Source of the DNA: Phallusia mammillata
Lineage: Eukaryota
Reading direction: 5' to 3'
DNA: 64,000 bases
Assembly: GCA_965637545.1 (NCBI GenBank)
Contig: OZ281497.1
Coordinates: forward strand, 18,538,001-18,602,000
The notes under the pieces are model-generated. The model saw only the letters and a list, made by a program, of their open reading frames with translations, had not been told where the DNA came from and made no database searches. The position numbers and the translations under genes are program-made. Shown piece by piece: positions 25,079 through 38,300 of the stretch (its first letter is position 1; the number at the start of each line of letters is the position of its first letter).

Positions 25079-25745
25079 ACAGACTTAACCGCATTCGACG
25101 GAGTAAATTTACTTGCAAACTAAGAGTAATAAAAATGCTTCGCAACGAATTCAAAACTATCATACTTCATATGATATACACAAATTTTAGATGCTTTTTG
25201 TTAAGTTATTATAATCGAAAACCCAGTGTAAAAAACCCTAGGCTAATCATCGGAAAACTGCGACTCTGGGGGTTGGTTTCACTTCAAACAAGACTTCGTT
25301 TCAGTTTTCACAACAAAAACACATTAGTATGTGTAAACTGTTTGGTAATATACAACTACTGATTTGTCATGCCTATTTTTGATATTATCAGCAACCGGTT
25401 GTAGAACTCAAGAAATGTAACAAGTTTCTTGAAAGCCGGTGCTATCGAGCAGTCTCTTTTCACTGCAGCAAAGCCGTATAATGTTGACTCGGAACATTAG
25501 AATGAATTTCACTGTGTATTTTTTAAAAACGGGTTCTTTGGTTTATTCGACAGAGAAAACAGACGTTTCGGTTGAATTTTACGAGCTGACACGAGCCACT
25601 ACGAACCATTTTTCGCCTTTGAACCAAAAAGGAATCCCACTCCAGCACGAATCCAGATCAGTTGTTTTATCTCTGTGTATCTGCAACATATCGGCCAGTA
25701 TGGCTCCCGTGCGCTACCATATGACAAATGTTTTCGACAAGATTC

Positions 25746-25963
25746 GGTAGAGCTGCTAACGTAAGAACTCACAATAGCCACGTTTGGGAATTTCCGGTAG
25801 GTGACGCAACGGAACATAGACGTTTATGGTGACAATAATTGCTGAGTCAGCATGTTACAAATTGCTGTATTATTGTCACCATAAACGCCTATGCTTTGTT
25901 GCGCCTCCTACCTGAAATTCCCAAACCGAGCGTCTTGTGTGTTCCTGTGTTAGTAGCTCTACC
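25746..25963. repeat. Foldback / long inverted repeat (probable MITE)
   Basis: Imperfect arms of about 95 bp: ggtagagctgctaac...tttatggtgacaataat pairs with attattgtcaccataaa...gttagtagctctacc. Confidence 0.75.
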
Positions 25964-27674
25964 ATGTTAATATGCTGTAAAAATTGGAAAACATAAATAG
26001 CAAATTCCGAAACATCGATTTTTTTGCTATATAGCTTTTATGGCAATACTAATCGTTAGTTATTTTCCGGGGTTTGTTGAGGCCACAAAATAAGTAGTGA
26101 GGAGCCGCATGTAGCCCTGAGAGCCGCGGCTGAAAATCACTGATAAAAGCATTATCTAAAATTTCGTACAGTAGAATTACAACTAATTTCCAATTCCGTT
26201 CAAACGCATCAAAATACTTATGCAAAAGGTTTCATGATAAAAATCTAATGTTGACTATTATCAAAATACCAAGTAAACAATCAAGAAAAATAATCAGCTC
26301 GAACCACATGACTTTCACTATAAGTTTCACTTTCACTTAAAGCTGACCCTAAGTATTTGAAACAGGGAATTCCGAAAATTTAGTTTTTGAATGTTTTAAA
26401 AATTTGGAAATGTCAATTGTTGTATCAGCAAATAAATTAAACACAACACGAAGCACTGTGAACATTAGGCATGCCTGCAGCAAAAACTGGTGTTGTGTAA
26501 TGAGCAAGAAAAAAACCAGAAAGGAACAAACAAATCTGGTGTTATGTAATGAGCAAATTGGGCTTCAGGCAATTGTTGCGCGCTAGTACAAAGTAAAATA
26601 TAAAGAACTTTCTGAACCAGAACATTTTATACAGGCAAGTGATCGATTATAACAGCGGTTTGGTAGCAGATCATAGTTTTCAATTCTATGTGTGCGAAAA
26701 TTGATTAAGCCATGTAAGCCAACAATATAATTCTCAAGTAACATTACAGAGAAAATTTTTCTAGGATGTTTGAAGATAGATACAAAATTATGGTGGTGGT
26801 GGTGTAACAACATCGTGTTGTGAAATATAACGATGTGAAGTACGTAAGCACAAAAGAGTTAATATTTAGACACTAATTTAGACAATGATAGGGGTTCCAG
26901 AATTTTTTACCATTTCAAACAAGACACTATCAAATGATATAAGTTATGCATGTGTAGTGCTGATATACGCCATCGCCCATGGGCATAGATATTTATACAA
27001 TCTACCTGTTTCTTTTATGTTAAACTCCTCCAAAGAACATCCAAACTGACGCCTTACCGGAACGAAACAGTTTATTGTTTTTGCTTTTTCCACGACCTTT
27101 AGTAGCGATTTGAATACTTCGGTAAATGTAAATACCAATATCAAGATACAAGTGTTAGGTGACAACTACTCCGCTTGTTCACTTATGCAAGAAAATATCT
27201 CATGTTTGTTGCAATGCAACAGCCGACATCTTTTTTCCAAAACAAACAGATTTGAACATTAAGATCTTTGTACCTAAAATTTAATCGGCGGCAAATGCGG
27301 CTTAGGTGCTAGTGGTTACAAACCAGCTGTTAATGCAGATCAGAATTTCAGCGGAAATAAATCATGGCGCCCATGCGATTAAAGTGGATAGACCCAACGA
27401 ATTTAAATCCGATACAAATGGCCACATGCAAACCGGATTATTGCCACAATAGGTGCTATATCCAAACAGCTACACTTTCTGACAATTTCTTTTTTAGTTT
27501 TTGTTGTTATTTGGTGACTGACTAGCTGCAGACCGTAAGATTATCCCAATACAAGCATATTCGTCACATGCGTTTCTTACGCTGAATTAAAATGGGCTTG
27601 TAATAAAAATATGCTTAAATTTATACTCGCTTTTTAAACAAATGTAGCCCTGGTCAAGCCGTTACTTTTTAGGA

Positions 27675-28294
27675 CAGTGGTTCTCAAAGTATGGGTCGCG
27701 ACCCAAACATGGGTCGCGCAGGGTCAAAAAATGGGTCGCGCTGCGGTGATTCCATTCTGCCCAAACGAACTATTACTGTATTAAGTAAACACAAACGAAT
27801 TTTCTTAATGTAGTAGTAAAGTCACCTCATTTGACACGTTGTTCAGTAAATGAACCAATCATTACAACATACCGACAATAACCTTTCAATTTTACTGTTA
27901 CGCACATAGCGATTGTAACGTCATAGCACGGGGAATAAAAGGACAAGGTAATCTTGCGAAACTAGACGTGGAGATGTAACAGTTAGCGTTTAAGGATTAT
28001 TAAGTATTCATACAAGGAAACTTTTTAGATTTGGGATTCACTTCTATCAATGATCATGGTGCTGCAAAGCCACAATGTGTGTTTTGTTATGCAGTGTTGT
28101 CAAACGAATCGACCTCGTTAAGCCTGCAGCCATTTAGACATGGGCAGACTCCTATGCGGCGACGGCGTGGCCTCGAAATTGCAGTTCGGCTCGTTAATAA
28201 GAATATTTAAATTTTTTGATGTTTGAGGCTTGGATCGTGAGATATTCATAAAACTCAAATTTGGGTCGCGGTCAAAAAAGTTTGAGAACCACTG
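27675..28294 (+). mobile_element. Internally deleted hAT (Buster/Charlie-type) element
   Basis: TIRs cagtggttctcaaa / tttgagaaccactg; 8-bp TSD ttttagga; transposase N-terminal zinc-finger remnant FLDLGFTSINDHGAAKPQCVFCYAVLSNES at 28022-28111. Confidence 0.9.
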
Positions 28295-29205
28295 TTTTAG
28301 GACAATGTTTTTTCGCTTCACGCAAATTTACCATCCCATTTGTTATGTTGGTGTGAATTCGTACACTGCCAGTAGGAGTTTTAACATTGTTTACTAGTTT
28401 GTGAATATATATATTTTGACAACTATAAGTCTGTCTTCTTTTGGTAAAAGGTTGATTTTATGTTTTTTTATGCTGATTTTTAGTTTATTATATATATAGT
28501 CTATATATAACTTACATTTTAGATCAAATTTCTTGTTATTGTTTCACAACACGTAAAAGAGCAAGCACATACTCTAATTTCATTAACAAATAATTAACCT
28601 TTACGTCCGTTGGATTATTTTACGGGGCGAAATCGATTATTGGAGAGAACACAGAGGTCAACAGGAATCAGAGAAAAAAGTGGGTCAGAAAATTATTTTT
28701 GTCTTTCGCGCCTTCGTAAATAATACGGGCGAAGAGTTGACTTTAAAGTCCTTTCTTTTTAAAAATGTCAAATTAAATGTGGAGAGCTACAGCTTTTGTA
28801 GAACAGATCTGAAAGTTAATTCAGACTTAAATCATGGTTTTGTCTGTAGTGTTTTATTGTTAAAGAAGCGTCATTCTAAAGAATGAATGTTTTTTTTTCA
28901 TTGAAACAGTGCATATCTAGTTGTTTGTCTGCAATTATTGTAAGTGCTAAGTTATAATTAAATATACGGGGCGCAACATAGTGCTGTTTGACTGCATATC
29001 GCGAAGAATTTTACAATAACAAACTAGACTTTATTTTATATTTTTTTTGAAAAGTAAACAATATTTATTTTAACAAAACAACTAAAATATAACAACGTAA
29101 AAGAACGTGATAGTGTTAACTGTCTTTTACCAATTTGTGATAATATTTTACTTAATTTTACAGAAAAATAGTTTAACCGGGATCTGAACTTAATACACAT
29201 AAAAG

Positions 29206-32200
29206 ATGAATGAAGTCTCTCAACATCCAGGCATCAATGCCTCTGAAAACGCAACAGATTTGGTTATGCATTTAGTAGCAAATCTGACACTTCATCCGGA
29301 AATTCTACGATTTCTGGTCGTTTACTTGGTAACTCCTTGTGTGTTGTATTATTCTGCTTGTTATCTGTGGACGATGAAATGGCTGGGAACCAAGGACTCA
29401 CTGTCTTCGCTGCCTTTACCTGACGGAATCATGGGACTTCCTATCATTGGGGAAACGCTTCATTTTCTGTTTGTGGTAAGTCATTTAACAAAGGTTGATA
29501 GCCAAGTCCCATTCTATTACAAATTTTTACATTACAATTTTTATACATTATTACATAACACTTGTTTAAAGGGTGAAAGATACGAGAGAAGACGCAGGAA
29601 ACAGTTTGGAAACGTCTACAAGACTCACCTGTTTGGCAGACCTACTGTTGTTTTAATAGGCGAGGAAAATATTCGGCCTATTCTCCTTGGAGAAGGTAAT
29701 GTTTTGAAACTATAATAGAATTTTCTTTAATAAAGCACAAATATAAACACTACATTGCATTAAACATCTGCGTAATTAAAATTGCATTAAAGAAACTATT
29801 TGGGTAGATTTGGAGCAATGCAACAGATAATTTAAAACTTATGAATATGATGACAAACTAATGTACGTCATAAAAACAATTTCTCTCTTTTAAGTGCCAT
29901 TGTCCTGGTTTGTCACTCTCACCTATTTTATTATAATATTGCAGGGGTCGGCAACCTTTTTTGCACTGCGGACCGCTTTAGAAGGTGAAATTTTATCGCG
30001 GACCGGTCTTCAAAAAACTACAAATATTTAGGGATAAAAACGTTAAATTAGTTTATCAACCCCGGGATACATGGGCAAAATGTTTTGTAGCATTTAACCT
30101 GAAAAATTATACGGCCCGGTAACCAACTCGTCGCGGACCGGTACCGGGCCGCGGACCGGCGGTTGCCGACCACTGTACTATTGGAACGATATATTTTTTA
30201 CGACAGCGGTGAAAAAAATAAGAATTTTGATTTGAAGGAAATTTGGTGGAAGCTGTTTGGCCCGAAACTACCCGGCGCATCCTGGGAACCAACGGAATCG
30301 TTAATGGAGACAAAAACACCCACTCCAAGATAAAGCGCTTGGCCCTTCGTGCCTTTTCGCCAAAATTCATCAATAAATATTCTCCTGTGATGATCAGCCG
30401 AATTGAAAGTCACATTAAGGTCTCGTTTAGTTTTAAAAGAAATATTTCTTCTGTAGTCTTTTAAAAAAACAGTAGCAAAAATTCAATGTTTAAGTTTTTA
30501 ATAAGATGTAACTGAGCCTTTTTCGGTGTTACATGATTTGCACCTCGACTTGTCATAATTACGGCGTCTTTCGTGTAAGGACTGGACCCAGGTAGACCCC
30601 CGCTGGTATGTTCGTTTTTGGTTTCGTCGAAAATCCACGGGTGTTCGCAAACGCTGGGACAAGATAAACGAAAAAGGCGACGTTGACAAATCAACTGCGA
30701 CAATGAAAGCAGCTTGCCACTGAACAACATGGAAGTCACTAATAATTTCTCGCTATGGGTTCTATTCTGACTTCCGTCATATGATTTTTACGATGAAATT
30801 TAGACGGTATATTTCAGAATTCAGACAAACAGTGTCGGACCTTAACAAAACAACACAAAATGGACAGGACAAGTGTTTGAAGGTATAATGTATTGCAGGA
30901 ATGGCAATCGCGTGACTCAATATCTGTCTTTGAGGCTTGCACGCAGATGGTCTCTAAAACGATGATGACGGTGCTGCTTGGTATCTCCCCTGATGATCCC
31001 GATATACAACGTTACATACAAGCTGAAGAAGATATTGTTAACAGCATTCTTTGTTTGCCAATTGCACTTCCCGGTTTCAGCTTCTATAAGGTAAATGACA
31101 AAACTATTCTGGGTTCTCATGCTTTCAGTTTTAATATCTGGTGCAATTTTTTTTAGTATATTTGTTCTGTTAAGGGTCTCAAAGCTCAAGAATTTATCTT
31201 TAAAAAAGTGGAAACCAAATTGCGCCCAAGACTCGAGTCTTCAGTGGAGGACGATTTATCCGACGAGAAAAGTGGAGCTGAAAGTGTCATGGTAAACATC
31301 CTAAAGCTTGCACGGGCGGAACAAAAAACAACTATCACATTGGAGAACTTGCAAAATCTCTCGCTGGAATTCATCTTCGCTGGATCACAGAGCCTACGTT
31401 GTTCCTCGTCACTTCTGATGCTGCACTTATCACAACGACCACAGGTTGGAACGTTCGCTAGTGTTTTTCACATTAAAGTGACACGGAACTATTCTTATAA
31501 CATATTAGAATTGGAGAAAAAACAGTTTACATGGTTTTGTATTATTTTTTGTTGTTTAGATCATTGAACGTTTGCGCCAGGAGATTCGTGAGGTTGGATT
31601 ATGGGACACGCCCTTGGTAAATCTGCAACACGAAAACTTCAATAAACTTCCCTACTTGTGTCGAGTTGTGAATGAAACCATGCGCGTAACACCTACCATT
31701 CCTGGAGCAATTCGTGTGGCACTGAAAACATTTCAAGTTGGGGTGAGCGAAACGAGTTGACAATAGAGATAAAGCTGTTTGCAAACTTGATCTCCTATCT
31801 TCTGCAAAGATTTTAAGGAATTCGATTTTAAATATGTTAAAGTTATGTTTTAACAAATTTATTGTAACTCGACAGAAATACCAAATACCGAAAGGATGGC
31901 AGGTTATATACAGCATTCGGTTTACGCACGAAGAAGCAGCTGGAAAAATTCTTCACAAAGAAGACAAAACGAGATTTGAGCCAGAAAAAGACCTACACGA
32001 TCCCGAAAATGAAATTACTGACAACAACATCGATGGGGCAAAGAGTAAGGCATCTTCCTTCAGTTTTGTTCCGTTCGGAAAAGGAGCTCGAATGTGTGCT
32101 GGAAAAAATTACGGGTTACTCTTCCTTCGTCTCTTTCTGTTCCAGCTTGTTCGGAGCGTCGACATTAACTTGGTCACCAAAGCAAACATTGCAACCAGTC

Positions 32201-32256
32201 CTATGATGAGAGCCCACAAGTCTGTGAAAATTGCCGTTAAACCTTACAGTGAATGA
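29206..32256 (+). CDS. CYP26: Divergent CYP26-like cytochrome P450, tandem paralog. Exons: 29206-29475, 29572-29695, 30238-30419, 30899-31090, 31175-31444, 31560-31742, 31876-32256
   Basis: In-frame GT-AG junctions; LPLPDGIMGLPIIGETL; QFGNVYKTHLFGRPTV (typical of CYP26); K-helix NETMR; IPKGWQVIYSIR; heme motif FGKGARMCAG; AATAAA at 32380. Confidence 0.85.
29942..30175. mobile_element. hAT-type MITE in intron 2 of the CYP26 paralog
   Basis: TIRs caggggtcggcaacc / ggttgccgaccactg; TSD taatattg / tactattg (7 of 8); gcggaccg subterminal repeats. Confidence 0.85.
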
Positions 32257-33030
32257 CTTGTAAAAAAACAAGTTTTAAGTGACTAAATAGATTTTATGTT
32301 TTTGCTCTGTAATGTTTTTTAACGAAATTGAATGAAAAATTTCACAACTGTCTTTGCCCGTCACAAGTCAATGGTATTTAATAAAATTGGCACAAAAATT
32401 TGCTTGTACTTTTTTCCGCTGTTTGTCTGTGGGTGTTTGGCCGTTTAAAAAGGCTTATGTCAGCTCATGCTACGTACAAGATTGTCATAAAGCTTTATCT
32501 GAACCCCCAAAAGCACTGAATACAAAACAAGCAAGTAACAAAGCAGGATTTATAACAGCATCCCTGATTCACTTGCAATCAATTAGATCAAAAATAAAAT
32601 GTGAATGCATAACGCTTATAAAGCTGGTGAGCTAGAAGTTTTTAATTGTTTAGTTTTGACTTTTAAGTTCAATGATACACTTTGCGTCAACCAATTTAAG
32701 TTTCCTTGGGTTGAAATTTCTCACTTTCGGAATTCGACTTAGGTTTGGTGGAGGCTTCTCGCTTAATGACGAAAACATGAACCTTCAACCATTCAGGTCA
32801 TATTTTTATATGTATTGTCAAAAACAGGCCACTTGATTCCGAGACAAACATACCTTACGAACATTACACACCGAGAGTCTGAAAGAAAAGTAATATTTAT
32901 TTTCAGGCAAATTCAAGTGATAACAATTTCCTATTCCACAATTAACTTGCGAATCAATATTCTACCATCCACTCGTTAAAAAACGTAGTTTATATCGTCA
33001 TTCCCACACATCCTTCACTCCTGTTTTACA

Positions 33031-33081
33031 AAAACCTTATCTTTTTTTTTTTTTTTTTTTTTTAAATAAAACCTTATCTTT
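33031..33081 (-). mobile_element. Extremely 5'-truncated retro-insertion (poly(A) tail only) with ~14-bp TSD
   Basis: aaaaccttatc-T22-aaat-aaaaccttatcttt: a direct repeat flanking a 22-nt T tract. Confidence 0.55.
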
Positions 33082-35058
33082 GCGGTACACCGACAAGGGT
33101 CGACTAGTCTGACGCCACCAGAAGGCACGACCACCTGATATTGTGTTTAGTGCGTTTCCTCACTGTAAATGTATGTTTGCTTCGTTGGTTGGACGACTGA
33201 CAGCATGTTTTACTGTAGTATACTGTGGTAAAAACTGACAGAATTTTTACTGTAGCATGTTTTACTGTAATACTCTTCTACAGTATACCCTGATTTTTAC
33301 TTGTTTACAGTAACAAACTGTCTTTATGGGAAAATATATACTGTTGATTCCGTTTAAACATGCTTCTGTATCCTGGATTTTTATAGTTTATAGGCAGAAT
33401 TTTGCTTCTTGTACTTCCAATTTACTTGTCGGTGCCATGCCATAACCTGATCCAGCGGAGGGCGGCAAAGAGGTAAGTGTCGGCTCGGAGACGAGATATC
33501 ATATCTGTAACGCTTTCATCAGATTTTGCGTTTTGTATAAGCCTATATTGCTTTGCTGATAATTTAAAGTCAAACAAAATCTTTTAACGTTTGTTGCCAT
33601 ACAACACTAATTGCCGTATGTCAAAACATTGCTTTGCGTTGACATGAAACAAACAAAGTTTATTTTTAAACCCCGCCGGGCAAACGATGTTCTTGTCCAA
33701 CCACACGAAAAAAGGAACATGAAAAAATACGTCGCAACCTGAAAACTGTTGAAATAATAACAGGCCAACAAAAGGTTAGTTTTAGCATGATCAGAACATA
33801 CTTTTTAACAAAGGTCAAACTGTTAAACACAGTTACAAGTGCAAACGAGGTGAAAAGGATCCGTGACCTGTCAGACACACTACCGAAAAAGCCGGGAGCA
33901 TGTTGTTTTAGTCACGTGACAAGAAGCACTTAATCGGCACATCTTTGCAGAATAAAATATGTTGCATTAAAAGGAGATGCGTGGGCGACTGGGCGCACAT
34001 TGCCGTCTTTTCTTCTTTGGCAAGACCTGTTTATAAAAAAATACCCGCCGCAACCCGCAACTGATAAAAATGAGTTATAAATCTATGTGTTGCGGCTAAA
34101 ATCATTCTGTTACTTTTTCTGGTGGTTTGCAACTAGTTTTTAAGGCGTATTGTAAAATGTGTTACAAGGTTGGCTTAATGGGAGTAAACAACGTTTAATT
34201 TATTTTTTAACGCAAAATGTGAGGCTGGTACAAATTGTTCATTTGGTGAACATCAACGCGTAAACATCATCCATAAGCCGTTTTCCGCAATAACTTTAAA
34301 CAGCATTCATCAAGAATATGTGTTAATCCCAAAACAAAAATCTTGCTCGTTTTCGTAATGTTTGTAAATGCAACAAACATTGCAAAAGACGCGAAGAGAA
34401 AAAGTTAAAAGCTATAATCTTCTCAAATCAGCCATGACTTCGCACTTTGAGATTGTTATCGACTTAGTGGTTGCCTGGGGCAGTTTCGGCCACATTCTGT
34501 CTCACAGCACGACATTTCCGAACCCACAGACAAGGTCATTTGACTTCAACAAGGCAATTGTGGAGTTTTGGGTAAACCACGGGGCAATTATTTGCATTTG
34601 CAGCAAGGGAGGAAACATGTTGCTAAAGGTCACATACTGTAGAGCTTTGCATTAAGGACCTATGTAACATAAAATATGAAAATTAAATTGATATTGTTTA
34701 ATATTATAATATTGCACTTATTTCACAGCATTACCACAAAAGACTGAACAAAAATTTGAATGGTATCGCTTCATGAACCTATTAGACCTGGTAGTTTACC
34801 TATTTGTGAATAATAATAAAAAATTATACCTTATTTGTTTTAACCACTCTGCGGTTTATGCAAGACAAACAGCGGCTTAAAACCGACAAGATGTCGCATT
34901 GCCATGATTAACTCCCTAGTGTTAATTAATTTGTAGTTGTCTGCAACACAGCCAATGCCGAACCATACCGTGAGCAGAAGCAAACTGCGCCCACGGCACC
35001 TTTATCCCACCATATCTATACTTATACCTAGGTGCCGGGCCTGCGGGCGCTTGTTGGT

Positions 35059-35066
35059 TATAAAAA
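35059..35066 (+). promoter_or_regulatory. TATA box of the repeated-domain gene
   Basis: TATAAAAA in a GC-rich context, Inr-like gcAgtg about 32 nt downstream, about 240 nt before the ATG. Confidence 0.55.
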
Positions 35067-35304
35067 CCTGTTTGCTCGTCGCAGAGTAGCAGTGATCAGC
35101 ATTTGCTCCCACGCATTAAAAAACGACGGAGTTTTTGGATTGCTGCTTTCAAAAGTTCAAGAAAAAAGTTGATGTATATATCTGTGGGCGAAAAAAAGTT
35201 TGATCAGAGTTGATTGGAGCGGTGTATGATTGACTAGCACTTGACTGAAAAATTACAAATAGTTTGCTGATATATTTGTTCAAATTTTTCCAGGGTCCAT
35301 AAAG

Positions 35305-38300
35305 ATGTTAGAAAACTACTGGAAATGTGGGTTTGTTGCGGTGCTGATTTTTATCGCCCGAGTCGAAGCCCAAAGTGATGATGGTAAACTGTTGTCCTAA
35401 ATTAGCCATAGTAGTAACAAAAACTCTTACCGTAAATTAATATTGTGCGGCATTGTCTTTGAAAAATATTTCTGGAGGCGTAAAAAAATGTTACAAACAA
35501 AAGCTTTAAACGTTAATACTAATTGTTTACTAACAGATAGGTTTAGCAAACTAAAGTATTTTATTGGTTATTTTGTACTGATGAACTAAAAATGCGCCCT
35601 AAACGTTTGGGTAAAATCGAATATTTGGCCAATTCTGACCTGCCCTAAAGCAACATACCCTACAAATGCTTTACAAGACATGTTTGACACATTTGTATGT
35701 CTCCAACAAAGTGTGCTGTGACGTTTAGAAACACCTTTGAAAATATGAGATGCATGAAAGGTAAAGCATTTTGCAGCCAATTTTAGGGCATTTGTGGGAA
35801 CCCAAAATAGTTACAGGGTTACTTATTAGTAATTGTAACAGAAAAAAACAAATGTTTTTTTTTTGTTTTTGTTTTGTTTAAACTTGACTGAAACCCTTCA
35901 CGTAAAATCAAGTAAATCCCATTGCTCAATGCATCACTAAAATATTGCATTGTTTGCGATCGAATAAATTCCAGGTTATATGCCATATGAATTAAAACAA
36001 TATTTGGCGGTAGAAACTGGCACAATATTTTTTGTGTTGAAAACATATCTTGGCTTCAATAACAATTAAAATCTGCTGGTGAAAATCTAACGGTAAAAGT
36101 TTTTCGTAACTTACATTGCAACTTGCAAACAAATTATCGCTTTTAGAATTTAAAATGTTGAATATGTTAAACTCGTTTTTCACCTTCTCAAGTGACTTTT
36201 CTGGTGCCTGAATGTATTTTTCACCAACAAAATTTCCATATCGTGCACATTTCCACTGCAATTTGAAGTTAAAAACTTGAAATCGCTATTTTGTGGCGAA
36301 GTATGATAATATAATCTGTCGTCGTGCGCCTGGGGGAACCTGTTACCTTTCACGATGTATTTACATACGTACCTCACCATGAAATAAAAAAACATGTCAA
36401 ATTTCTCAAGTTTAACGATTGTTTTATCGCTTGTATTTTATTGCATACAGACTCGTTTGACATTGATGACGCTATGGCTTCGATTGTTACAAGTGCGGAT
36501 GAGATTTCAGCTCAGATTGCAAACTTTCACAACTATTCATACGATGATCCAATGAACATGATGATATACGATAGTGGCTCGGGAATGTACGTAAAAGGAA
36601 ACGAGGTAAATCCTTCTCTTGTACCATTATCTTCGCTTCGTTTTAATAACCAAAGCAATCGGACGTACAAGCTATCACTTAGGTATTGAGATATACTTGT
36701 TTACTAATAAATTGAACACACTTCTTGCGTGAAGAATTTGATGTTGCAAAACGGTATCAAAGAGTTCGCCGAAATAATTAAACCATTTTGTCATGTTAAA
36801 AAATGTTTATGTACAAAAATATTTCAGATTAAACTATTGGTGAACGGCAGCACAACGGAGAAAGTCATGTATGGACAAACTTACAGGTAGATGCCATGGT
36901 ACGATGTTGTGAGACAGCTTGTAAGTTTAGACAAAAATAAATATATTTTAGGGACAAAAATTCCGTTTTCTCATCGGTCGCTATACACCCCTTTGTCGCC
37001 CTCTGGAGGATAGAAAAAAGTTACAACAGCAAATATATTATCCAGGTAAGTTGGTAATATTGTTTCCCCGTCCTTTATGTGTAATACGATTAATAGTTCT
37101 GCACATGGTATTGAATGTTTTCGTTGTCTAAGATGTAGCTTTATGGTATTGAGACAAGGCAAAGCTTTGAATATTCGCCTTGTCTAAAGTAATTGCTGGT
37201 AACAGGACGTAATTTGACTACATTTATAAAAAGATAAACTATCTTGTGCCGGAGGAAACTTGGGTAACCTGTTTGGCGCAAAAACTCTCCATTAATTGAA
37301 AATATTTTTATATTGTACGCAACGCAGAATTAATAAAATGTAAAAAATAATCAGATGTTACTCATTGGGAAATCGAATACACGAAGTTACTTGACTTGAC
37401 ATGCAAATTGAACGTAACTCGGGCGAGTCGTGCTAAACATTTTGCTCGAATGAAGAAAGCAGTTTCGTCGTGTAATGTTGCGCTTTATCTTCAGGTCGTT
37501 TCAGAATTCGGTTCAGACGACTCTACGAAAAACGACAGATTTTACGACACTTTGGAGATTGGTGATTCACTTGTTGATCTTGTTGGATTTCAATTATTAC
37601 ACGCAAACTACGCACCATCAGTTTGTGAAGTGTTTTTTCTAGTGAGAAATCTTACGACAGAAGTAAGAGTGACGTTTTACATAAAATCTAATCGAGTAAA
37701 GCTTACTTCAAACACCCATTTAAACACAACAGTTGCCTGCTGGTAGTGGTCCAAGTCTAACCTCATCAGAATACTCAGAAGAGTTTTCACCAAAGTCTGT
37801 CGTCCATCAAGGGATTGTGTATGGAGAAGTTTTGGAGCGAATTTTGTTGGGTTACACGCTGTTGTCAAAGTCAGTAAAATCTGTTTTACAGAAACGTAAG
37901 CTCTTGAGGTAAATTTTTGACAACGTTATTTTTTTACAGAAAAGACGGAGTTGAAGTTACAAAGTTGGAAATAAGAAACACGATCAACAAACTACTAGGA
38001 AGTTTTTTGACCAAACAACAGAAACGTAAGTGCTTTCTAGGGTAGGCTACTATTAAATCCATACTTTACTATATAGTGTACAACATTAAATTATGTAAAC
38101 ACTGACTTTATAAGTTGTGACGTATTTGCCGAAGACCAGCAACCTGCAACAAAACTCTCTTTTACAGCAACATCTGAGATCACACCGACGAAAGAAATAA
38201 CTGAAACTACTTCCGATCCACCAACTTCAGCTACAAAAACGACGGAAGCATCAACTGAAACTACTTCCGATCCACCAACCTCAGCTACAACAACGACGGA

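Noticed and set aside
26060-26142. ggagccgcatgt...gagccgcggctgaaaatcactg, resembling a hAT MITE right end
   Set aside because: No matching left TIR or TSD found; too fragmentary to delimit.
33195-33320. Short ttttactgta repeats
   Set aside because: Low-complexity, probably a TE remnant; no definable structure.
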